From assembly GCA_038496445.1 (NCBI GenBank), contig JALMLS010000304.1, forward strand, positions 186,001 through 250,000: a stretch of 64,000 nucleotides of DNA, read 5' to 3'. Made by a program: the position numbers and the translations under genes. This document shows positions 42,001 through 53,426 of the stretch, piece by piece. The stretch is from Trichosphaerium sp. ATCC 40318. Taxonomy: Eukaryota > Protista > Tubulinea. Below the pieces are notes generated by a model. The model saw only the letters and a program-made list of their open reading frames with translations, was not told the origin of the DNA and did no database searches. Every line of letters begins with the position of its first letter. Within the stretch, counting starts at the first letter, position 1.

Positions 42001-43644
42001 TTAGTGTCTTAATCTCAACAGTATCCACAATGATATCTTTGGTGAACTCATCAATCTTCGTTTTTTTCTCATTTATTTCTTTTTCTGTTCCATGAAGAAT
42101 TAGATAGTCAATTCCGTATTCTTCGATATCAACATCCGTAAGGTATTCCTCCATAAAAGCAATTTTATACCCAGCGTAGCTAAACTAGGAAACCATTAAT
42201 TAACTCTTACTATTACAACATACGCACTTTTCTTGTTTGAATGACTTCTGCAAGTCTTTCTTCCACATACTGTGTAGCGGAATCTACCTCACTCTGGGCA
42301 AAACCTTACCGCCATTAGCTCGCAACAAACAAGAGTATCCATAATGCACCTTCTATCACTATATTGTCATTAAGCGTTTGCACGTGCACAGCAAACTTTG
42401 TATTTGCAGTTTCTAGCACAATGTTAAACAAAACCCATTAGAAACAAGTACCATAGAAACGAGAAACAGCCTCAACTTCTTGTTTGTTTGCTGCCAGAGT
42501 CGCTCCCACTAGCTTTGACTCAAAGTAGTCTTTAATACTCTTCCTTGCTTGTGCGACGTGTATTTTTGGTCCAGAGAGGAACAATACTGTGCTCTTTGAT
42601 TTGCAAGCGAGAGATACTCCTAGTTCGGTAGTTTAGAGGCGTCAGGTTCATCATATGTACCTTTATCTTGCAGAACTTGTTGTATCGTACGCTTATGAGG
42701 TAGTAGTCCATTCCCTGCTGATGCCGGATGAAGCTAATGTAGCTGTCATTTTAGAAGCCGCACAAATGTGCTTACTTTGATTGATGCTGTATCGTTCCCA
42801 ATATCCAAGATTAAATGTTGTCTACAATCGTTGACATCTTTCTTAAACCCAGATACAATCAATTCTCCTTTTGTACTTGTTATAACAACTGAGTACGTTT
42901 GTTCAAGCTTTTTTAAGCTACAATCAATACCATTAGGTGTAAACAAGTCAATGGGAATGTACTCACTCAAGGGAAGTATCTGTTGTACAATACTTGATAG
43001 CAGTTCCAAATTCCAATTGTGCTGGCAGTTTTTTCAAAAGAAACAATGTGTTGTGCTTTTCAATGTTCTTAGAGCGTATCTAATGCAATTTTAATCAGAT
43101 ACTATATGTACTATACGTACTGTACATCGGTACGAAGACCCGATGATCCTTTGTCTACCAAGCAAGTAAGAATGAAAGCAAAATACTATTTACATACTTT
43201 TCTTCAATATGAAAATCACGTGCTTGTGAAGACATCGCTTCCTTCGCCTTGAGTTTAAACACTTCCGACACTTGACTATCCATGTTAACACAGACACTCG
43301 ATTTGATAACAACAGTGTTCGTCAATACTTTTGCCACCTTTGAAGCCGCTAATACCGCCAGTAGGTTCTTTGAACACGTGTTTGAAAAGCGCACCTTGTC
43401 CTTGCTTAAAGTGAACGATGCACCCTTTGTTGTTTGCGTCAATTGATAGTATAGTTCCTTGTCAGTGTAAGAATCTCAAATCTCCAAAACGCTAACTTAC
43501 CCATCTTTACCATTTGTTCCTTGTCGTCGTTGTTTATGATTGTATGCGGATACCGCAAGGCTGATTTACCAACCTAGCGCTTTGATTAGATTAATTCAAC
43601 AATCGTGTCGTGTAGCAAATTATTTGGCTTACTTCGTTATCCAT
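39046..43644 (-). CDS. PARP14-like RRM/KH-macro-WWE-ART mono-ADP-ribosyltransferase, copy 2
   Basis: Same exon structure as copy 1 with no lesion in the exons I traced; H-Y-I triad (FHGT, IYFA, RIYAIF). Confidence 0.85.
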
Positions 43645-43881
43645 TGAAGTGTTACAAGTGCTAAACAGATAATTTTGGGCGGAATCATAGTCAACCAATT
43701 TCAAAGAGTCTCTCAGAGATTTTCTTCAAAAACCTACAACTAAAACTCTTTGTAAGGGGCAAATACTTGTGAAGATACACCTAGAATTTAGTATTGCTAA
43801 ATAATAACCTTTGTAGATGGTATGAGCGAACAGTTCCGTGTAGTAAGAATTTTATTATTTTTGTCCCAGTCGTAGTTGTGG

Positions 43882-45671
43882 CTAGCCAGTGTACAAATAT
43901 GAATCGATGTCAAATTGAAATGGAGCTACGCCACAATTTATAGAGAAACTACCTTTACAATTAAAAAATCCGAGTATAGGACACCAGTCTGATATACTAT
44001 CAGCTAGAGGAGGAGCGCTATCTTTACTGAAAGCAATCCCTAATTTCTTTCCATTTTTTGTAAAAAACACCAACTCGTGCGTTAGATCTATCAAGAGTAC
44101 ATTGAGTGTTGCGATATAGAAAATGATAATTAGTACCTATACATACACCAATAGTGTCATTTGCACCATACCTAGGACCATAATGTTCTCCATGAGCTAA
44201 TTAAAACGTAAGTAAACCTCACAAGAACCAGAGTTGAAGAGAAGCGAGTAAAACAAAGATAGAAAAGTACCTTCGTATTTATTGTCTTGAGATCCTGGAA
44301 ATCTAAATCCATCGTCCCCATGATATCCTACACTAGGAAATACATCGGGTGTAAACCTTACCAGTAGTCAGTAGAGTATAAGCGATATGGCAAGTCAACT
44401 TTAAAGCTCAAAAACGAACCATCCTGGCATCATTGGACGATTATCATATCCTGTAGCGTTTGTAAACCCTGCAGCACCAGAACCAACACATACGGAGTGA
44501 CTAAGACAATAAGTAAATAAATAAAATGTTCATATTGTTGCAGTCATGATACGTACTCATGGACTTGAGCGTTGTAAGGTATCATATTTTCTCCAATCGT
44601 TACTGGAAAAAAACAATTAATTTACTTGCACCCTATAGCCTACATCCAAAATAATTCCTTTCACTAACCTTCGTAGTACTTAACAAGTACTTGAGAACCT
44701 GGCATACGTCTATATCTTGGTGGTGGACTAATTTGACACGTGTCAACACGAATTATTTGAGAAAACCAAAGAACATGTTTGGTAGCTGCTTCAAGTCAAC
44801 GTACCCGACAGCTTGTATTGTGAGGTAGTCCATATGTCCTGTACCAAGCTCATACCATCGTATACCATTTACATCACTTTTAGTGAAACGTAATTTTTGG
44901 TTTGGACCCATCATTGTATGTGGAAGGAATCGTAGAGTCCTGGCTTGTTCTTGCACTAGAAATAACGTTTGTTTTTGCTTTCTTTGTTTTGGCTGAATTT
45001 TTTTTGATTGGGTAAATGGCGTACTTATTGTTGTTAATCGGTATAAATGCTTCCAACAAGGCAGTTGACGCGCTAATTAACAGCATTAGAAGTCATTCTT
45101 AATTTCGTGACAATTTGTTTTTTTTGAAATATTGTGTGGTGTGATGCACAAAGTGTTAGTGTTGTTGTGGGATAAATGGGAAATAAAATAGATGCGTACT
45201 GAACTGTTTCGGAACCTTTATCCACAAATCAAGATATAAGTACTTCCAGGCAATTTTACGTCTCTTCAAAGGGGAATTAAGCAATAAAAGACCGCGTTTA
45301 GAATCATACCTGACTATCTACTTTTCGCCAGCTCTTACATACACTCAACGCACTGAAAACATCCTTAGGATCACCTGAGATACTTAATTACAGAATTGAA
45401 TAACGCTAGTACAAGAATTTGCATTATTTTCTTACAAAACCATCAAAACAATTAACTCTTAACTCAGCGCTATACATTAAGAACATTCACGCTAATAAAC
45501 AAATCTAGGTAGAAAATCTCGAAATTTAAGCAAAAAGATGTTGTCGCTTTTGACTGTAGCGTACACATTAAATAAATAACAGCCCATAACTCTGCAGGCA
45601 TTTGTTCCATTTTTTTTTGAGCCGTTACACTTTGTGTAAGCCAGTATTTTTTGAAACAAATCGTAAGTCAT
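43882..45671 (-). CDS. F-box-like + SPRY domain protein
   Basis: SPRY motifs MMPGW, SVGYHGDDGFRF, YGPRYGANDTIGV, VFFTKNGKKLGIAF, INCGVAPFQFD; F-box-like DVFSALSVCKSWRKV. 5' exons are uncertain. Confidence 0.7.
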
Positions 45672-45729
45672 AGTTGACTTAGTGAACATAAATTTGATAA
45701 ACAAAAAAAAATGATGTTCAAAAAGATGT

Positions 45730-46972
45730 TTAGTCGGTTACATTGCCAAGACGACTTTTCCGTAAGGTAAACTCTGAAGAACTCCAGGTGTCGCCGAAGG
45801 ACTCTCTTTTGGGTTCTATTGGAGTGAAGGTTTTGATCATATTAAAGAATAAAGCTGCTGACATTCCTGCTAAAGGACATGCAGTGATATAAACTACCAT
45901 CCATCTAATGTCGCCAAAAGCTGTAGCAGTGCCTAGTGCATAGTTAATAAGGTACATGAGATTATGTTTATCCTAGCCTTTGAATAAATGGACAATTGAT
46001 GGCCCAATACTGACAGCAGGATTAAAAACTGCTCCGGATACATTTCCTGTCGAAATGTTATTACTACAAACAGTGCTAGGTATTTCTTACCAAATGTAAG
46101 GGCGCCAGTTAGCACTGTTAGACCTATTGCAAATCCATAGAATGTATTTGGTTGTACTCGTTCCTCTGTAGCACAATGAAGAACAGCAGAAGCTAGCACA
46201 AAAGTCCACAAGTACTCAACGACAAACACCTAAACAAAACATTGACTTTTTGCTTTTGAACTTTGCACGTACATGATACCACTTGAAACTTGCTGAAGGA
46301 CCAGGAGCAAAAGTAAAGTCAAAGAGTCCCCAAACTACCTACACCAAAAATAGTCTCTTTTAGCGTCCAAAAAAGAACCATGTTTCCAAAAAAATCACGT
46401 GATCACTCGTACCAGTGCAGCACATAAAGCGCCAAGTATTTGTGTGATAACATACGCAATTGCGTCAAACCTGGACATTTTACTCCTTGAAAAAACAGCG
46501 ATAGTAACAGCAGGGTTATAGTGCGCTAAAGTATGAAAGGTAAACGAACAATAATATTACAAGATTAAAACAGGCAAGAATTATCAATTATCTTTTCCAA
46601 AACATACCTCCTGATGCCCAACCACCAGTGAACACAAGAAGAACTAATGTAAAGCCAATTCTAACGGAAACAAAATAAACTAATGTCACGTGGAAAATAA
46701 AGTCCAAAACTTAATGAATACGCACGCAAAAGGTGGAAAGAAACCATCTACAGCTCCTTTTGCTGAAAGGGCGCCAGAACAACCAATAGCGAAGACAAGA
46801 AAGAAAGTGCCAAAGAACTCAACGCTCCAAGCAATTGGACTAAACTCAAACCTACCCATATCGAGTATACCTCTAAAAAGATTTCAAAAACAAAAAAAAC
46901 CAACCAGACAGTCAATGGGTTTCTAAGGCGCCTATTAAAGCTTGTCATACAATAGTGAGTGTCAATATGCAT
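45730..46972 (-). CDS. Aquaporin / MIP channel
   Basis: Two NPA motifs (HYNPAVT, VFNPAVS), VEFFGTF, VEYLWTF. The start may instead be the ATG at 46859. Confidence 0.9.
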
Positions 46973-47096
46973 GCGATCTATATTGATCCATGTGAGGCTT
47001 ACAGTGCGCGAAAGAACCTCACGTGCTTGAACCAAGTAAAAACGGAACATATAGAAAAATTTGTATTGTTTCATTTTTTTTTAAACCACATGTGGG

Positions 47097-50000
47097 TTAT
47101 AGTAGCGTCTCAGTTAATAAACCATCTTTTGTAGAAGGTTTTACAAAAATAAATCGATCATTATTAGTCAAAACAACTTTCTCCATACGAAGTGCTTTAA
47201 TCTACAAAAAAACCCAACATCAGCTCATATTTTTGTTCAAAGTTGATAAGACTTTTGCAACGTACCTCGAATCTAGGAAAGCTTAATCGTCCTACGTATA
47301 GAGGTACCAAGTTATGTTCAATAATATGGTCTGACTTTGGATTGATTTTGAAGAAAGTCTTTGTATTACCAGCAACAAGAAATCCTGTAGTATCTGTAAC
47401 AGATAACGCAAAGTCTTGTATTGTGTTTGTATTGTTTGTGATTATAACCTTATGAGGAAGAAGTTGTCCAACAATAGCAGATTCAGGAGTAACTTACATA
47501 GAGTTAAGGGGTAGAAACGTAGAGGTAAGCGAGAGAACGCACTACTTGTAAGAAACGAGAAAAAAAAGAAAAAAATTGGAAATGCTTTTTGTTCTTTGGA
47601 TACTGATCTTCTTTTCGAATAGAGCATCACGGATAGATAACTTTGGAACTTGAACTGTTGTTGTTGTAGAATACTGAGCACCAACTCTATTTTAACAAAC
47701 AAGTAAGTAAATGACAAAAACAATTGAATAAAGAAAACCTAACCTCTTCCACTTTATATCAACAGAACCAAAAGACCAAATTCCCAAACAAAGAGCGTTT
47801 ATCTGAAACCATGAACTATGTTTCTCATTCTTTTTAAGTGTTATATCCGTCTCACACGTATTTGTATTTGCAGTTACTTCGGCAACAGGCCTAAAGAGAC
47901 ATAAACAATTGCTCAAAAGCTTTTTTTGAACAAAGGAAAAACCAACTGTAAACACGCACGTGTGCGCACTCGTTTCTGCCTAATATTAACGTCAGTTGCA
48001 TGAACAATACTGTAGCTATACGTACAACTCTGAATGTATTATTTAGAATTTGAATAGAGTCCTGTGAACATATTTCAGTCCACAACAAAAATGGTTCACG
48101 AATAGGAACTAATCCTGCCAATGGCTGTTTAATCAAATGACAATCAGATGTGAAATAATCAAAACGACATAAAAATGCAGGTTTAACAGCAATAGTTATG
48201 TCCTTAATAAAAGAAGCTTTATACGTTTCTGTAGAATACGCCACCTTTAAAGAAAAGTCAGAACCAAAAAAAAATCTCTAAGGACAAACACTTACTTTTA
48301 AAGAAAGCGTTAGCTCTTTAGCTTCTTGCTTGGCATGGAAGAAAATAGGTAGTGTCAGCGATGCTCCAGCTTCTATGGAAGGTATTATAGCTTCTTTGAC
48401 AGGACCAGAATCAGGGTCATCAACAAAGCAGTATGGTCCTAAGTGGTGGTCAATCTTCAAAAAACCTCTCAGACAAAAAAGTGTACCTTTTAGTGGCAGA
48501 AAAGTTATAGTGCCGCCTTTGACAGGATCTTCTTGATTTTCAAGACACATCTCAATTTTATAATACTCATTCACAAACGCACATGGTTCATGTTTAACAG
48601 TAAATGTTAATTTTGGCTCGTGTTCTTGAATCCTTTAAAAAAAACAAGGTTAATACAACAAAATTTATATATGTTAACGTACGTCATTTGGCGTCTCTCA
48701 CTGAACCTTGTTTTCTGGTATAATGCTTTATCAGGTTCTTCAGGCCATGTGTCAACTTTACACCTTAAGAAAATTGTGTTCGGTCCTTCTCCCCAGCGCA
48801 AACAAACTTCCGTACACTTAAAGAATAGAATAAGCAAACCATAAAAAAAAGCACATGTATGACTTTTCAGATTTTTACCTTCAATTCACACTGCAATGGC
48901 GCATTGAACGATAGTTTAATAGTACGTGTTTGATTAGGTTTGAACGAAAGTACATCGCCATCAGTAATCTCTTGGTTGCATCCTGGAACATGACGTTATT
49001 AGTACAAACCTGAAAAAGTTTATGTACCTTCTTCATTAAAAGAAACTAAAAGAGCTGAAAATGTAGTCGCCATTGGTAGATTTATATTCAAGTATACATT
49101 CATACTAATTGGTGAATGTGCAGAAGCACTAGCCTCAATAAATTGTACACAACATAGCACTAAAATAACAAGTCAGCAAATCCATTACCATTTCAAAAAA
49201 AAAATCTAAAAAGGGTACATCGTGAATCGTTGTATCCAAAATCAGCATAGACAGGTTCTGTGAAATTAGCATAAGTAAGAAGCCCAGCAACGCTTTTTTG
49301 AACATCACACTTCTTATCTTTACTCAACCCCATTTCTAATAAAACGTCAACAGACAAAAAACTTTTGCTAAAAGTACCCTTTTGAAGTAGTGTGAATGAA
49401 GTAGTTATTTGATCGCTTAATGACTCCAGGTGTTGTGCACATTGAATCTTATAATTAAGAAGGTTTGCAACAATAGCATACCATCCTTTTTCAGTATATT
49501 GAAGTATAGCATCATCAAGATACCTATCACAAAAATTATTCAAAAAAAAAGAGAACCAGTTCATACTTCTGAGCTTCTTCGTATTTCTCGCCTTCGAAGT
49601 ATTCTTTACCAATATCTGTACCAAGCCATAGTACCATTCTCTCATTCAAACCACCTACTTTATACATACTATGAGCCCTATAGAACGTCAACAACAACGA
49701 TGACAACAACGATGTTAAAAAAAGAAGGAAACAGAACACATACCTCAACAAAAGCTCCACAATATTTTGATGATGCTCGTATTGCAATTCCTAAAATACG
49801 TCATACCCAGCAACCACAATATCATGATTTCAAGTACCTGCGCAACTGAAATTTTATAGTCATCGTATTCAGGAGTCTTCTCAACACCCAACGGATGATC
49901 ACCAGCAATAGGAGAAATAGCTTGGCCAACCCACCTAAAAAAAGGTTGGTGCGTTGCTTAAACAATATATCTATGCATACGCTTGTTTATCCATATTTAT

Positions 50001-51826
50001 ACTTGTAGGTGCATAAGGTAATAGTTTACCGAGTGCAGTAATTGCTTTAACATCTCCATCGTCCTTCAGAGGCTACGATACATCAATAAGTATTGACAAG
50101 ATGTAAAGTTGGCACGTACAAGGCATAAATGAGTGTATGATTCACGTCTTTTCGCTATAGTACTTGCTGCCATTTTAAAGTAGAATCCAGGATGCCTCCA
50201 ACCTTTTGCACTTGATGTGATAAGCTTCTTGAAATGTTGAAGCAATTCACCAAATGTTTGATACCTGATAAACATTAGATGGCACGTGATGCAAAAAAAA
50301 ATTTAACATACTGTAAACTCTTCCAGGCGTGATGTTGAAACATCAGTTTAGGCTCCATTACTATTTCTGTAAAATGCTTTGTATGCTTACTAAATTGTCC
50401 TAAAGCATCACCAAGATTTCCTTTATCCATTAACAACATACATAGCTTAAATAAATGTAAGCTAAAAGGAGAACTGTGGCGTAAAAAAAAGATGAACCTT
50501 AAAATTGATAAAATCAGCCATAATTCGTATATCTTGATTGAGAGTTGTAAGTTTGATATCTGAAATATATTCGTAGCTATGGTTATAAAATCTTGTTGTT
50601 AAGGTTAATTATAATATTGTGATTGCGTTAAAAATAGTAATAAAGGTGTATGTATGGATACTTGAGCGCTGTTTTTGAATCACGTCGAAATTCAGCAAAA
50701 AAAGCAGCTTTGAAAGAGTGCCGCGTATACAAGTGCAATTGCTTGTTCAAACGCTCCTTGAAACGCTTAACTGCACGCTCTTCTTCTTTGTAATAATCAC
50801 AAGCGTGCTTGGTCAAAAATTTCTCCAACCTAGCACAACGTATGAGTTGACAAAAAAAAAAACAGATTAATGTAAAAACTAACCTTCGTGTAGAGTTTGG
50901 GACATCAGACGACGTGAATGTAAAGAAAGATTTTGCGTCAATATCAGCACGCTTGCGCAAAGCCGATAACTTCTCAGCTGAGTCTTTAGCTGCACCATTC
51001 TCCTCTACAAAGCTGTTAAAAACAAAAATAAAAACTCAAACAAAAATCATGTTCTTACCTGCATCCTCGGTAGGACACAAATGAACAAGAACTATCTTCA
51101 TAGCTTTACCGCGCATATTTTCTCTAAACCAAGCGTTAATTCAGGAATGACAGTCATTTTAAAGAAAAACCAATAAGACATTCCACAAACTGTAGGCGTT
51201 TTATCAACGTGACATACCTTACAGCTTCGACATAGAATGCTACATCATTTTCTTTAGAGTTCCAATCCTAAACCACGTGGTTTAGCTTTTAAGATTATAG
51301 TACGTTCTATGAGGCTCAAAAATGGTTGTTTTTAGCGTAATTAGGCGTAAAACAAAAAAGTAAGTACGCACTTTGTCATTGGTGTCTTTTGTAAAAAATA
51401 TGGCTACTACTGATGGTACGCTGTTACAGTGGCGATACCTAATTAATGTGGGATTATTGTCACGTTACATGATTTCTTACATCCAGTTCGCTTGGAGAAT
51501 GCCTGTTTTATAGTGAATACAGTGTTTAAGAAGCTTAGAGAGTTAAATCATCAAAAAGTGCGTACTTTTAATTGTATAATCCTCGTAGGTTGTTCTACGC
51601 TCTCTAAAGAACGTTTGAAACACGTTTTGGCAACTATTGTAACGTACTTTCTTTTTGCCACAGTTTCGCCATTCGCAATGTTAATCAGGCGCAAGCACTT
51701 CACGTCAAAGCCATATACCTTAGTGGTGGTAATATTACTCTCAATTGCTGAAAATAAATCCCTTGCGCCCATTAACGCAACCACCGGCACAGGTGGTTCC
51801 CGTAGTTCCTTCGGGTAAGCGTTCAT
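47097..51826 (-). CDS. TRAPPC11: Trafficking protein particle complex subunit 11 (foie gras)
   Basis: MNAYPKELREPPVPVVALMG, RHSFKAAFFAEFRRDSKTALKY, HPGFYFKMAA, YTEKGWY; C-terminal IFVKP. Confidence 0.9.
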
Positions 51827-52297
51827 GGCTGAGAAATGTCACTAGCACAACGACCTCCTGTATCCTTAACGTAGTGCCGCTACGAAACAGACCAGTCAAC
51901 GTGGTTAACTAACGCGATAAGCTATCCAACACGTCGAAAGTTTTTGTACAAAAGTCAAACAAAAATAACTCATTGGGCAATCAGCTTGTTATTACACCTT
52001 ACAGCGAAACGGACGGATGTACCTGATCGTCTGAGTGCATTGTGCCTTTTCCATCAAGTTCGAGCCAGTGTACATCAAGTATTGCAAAAAGAATGTAGAA
52101 ATCGTTATTTATTCATTCTACATAGCCTTGGATGGCTTTTGGCGTGGTTCAGCGGTTTTTATATCGCTCTTTTAAAATCCTTCTTCTTAATGCAACTCTT
52201 GTCTAGCACGTGCGATATGGCCATCATCTCTAGTAACGTAACGCTGCGCTTACGCCGACGGCCGTTATGGTTTGAATACCCTCTTTGAATACCAGAT

Positions 52298-52787
52298 TTA
52301 GAGTATATTCCATTTTCCAGTGCGGCGCCATGAGTTAATAGCGCGGCGAGCCTGTCGTTTGACCTACATGATGAGTTAAGCGTTTAAAAATATGTAACAT
52401 TAGAAAATCCTTACCTTCTTGTCACTGTCATTCCAGAACGAATTAATTGCGTCAATGACTTCCTAAAAATCATGTTACGGCAATGCACGGTATTTCGGGT
52501 TTAAAAAAGCGTACGAGTTCGCGGTGTTTTGGGGAACCATCACATAACGAATGGAGCACCTGATACCGCACCAGTGGGTTTGGGTCGTTAGTCATCTGCA
52601 ATATTCTGTCCCACAAGGCGTCGATATCGCGTTTTACATGGCAGGGACTAAGAAAATCAATAAGGGATAACTATTTATCGTTAACATACCACATTTCCCT
52701 CAAAGCGTCTCTACGGGTTTTCCAGTTGTCGCTTTGTGTCGCTTCAATTATTTCTAGTACTTGTTGGGTAGGGAATTCGAGTGTCAT
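52298..52787 (-). CDS. Small HEAT/ARM-like repeat protein with CPCH and LCDGSP motifs
   Basis: Spliced MTLEFP...RRDALREMCPCHVKRD...DPNPLVRYQVLHSLCDGSP...DSDKKVKRQA...RTGKWNIL*; three GT-AG introns. Confidence 0.75.
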
Positions 52788-53001
52788 TGCGTTTGGGTTG
52801 TTTAAATTGAAAATGAATTTAAAAAAGTGTCAAATTAAGTCACATTTGGACTTCCGTTCAGTTAATTTCTGGTCACTTTAATAGCTATTAAAGTCATTCA
52901 AATAATTACGGTCGCGGGAATAAACTGAGCATGTACGAAACGCAAACAACTTGAGAAAAAATTTAGATGGTGTAGTGAATGCCACGTGGAACTTTTTCTC
53001 T

Positions 53002-53115
53002 TAGCGAATGTTATTATTTATTTATCAAAATAATTTTAGCAAACTTTATTTAAACGTATAGCGAATGTTACTATTTATTTATCAAAATAATTTTACCAAA
53101 CTTTATTTAAACGTA
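53002..53115. repeat. Two-copy 57 bp tandem direct repeat
   Basis: TAGCGAATGTTA(T/C)TATTTATTTATCAAAATAATTTTA(G/C)CAAACTTTATTTAAACGTA occurs twice. Confidence 0.9.
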
Positions 53116-53426
53116 TTAGCTAGTGGTATTATCATGCCAAATAAATACAAACCTGTTATGTGATGTGCAATCAAATCCTTTTTTTTTCTTGTTTTTTACA
53201 AGCCTTTCGTATAATTTTCGTAAGCGATTAACTAGTTTTCGTTTATGCTAGTGGTATGAAATTAATGGCTTGGGTGGCTTTTCAGTTGCGACAAAACTCA
53301 GCTTTTCAGCTTACGCACTAAACCCTTCATACATTTACGGCCTTCGTAAAGCAAGATTAGTCCCTGGCGTCAACAAAAATCTCAGGAGTAAAAAAAAAAA
53401 GGTGTTAAACGTTACAAGCTGATTAT

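Noticed and set aside
53260-53400. Possible snRNA or tRNA (hairpin TTTACG-GCCTT-CGTAAA, Sm-like T-run)
   Set aside because: No recognisable conserved snRNA or tRNA boxes; probably the 3' UTR of the E1-like gene.
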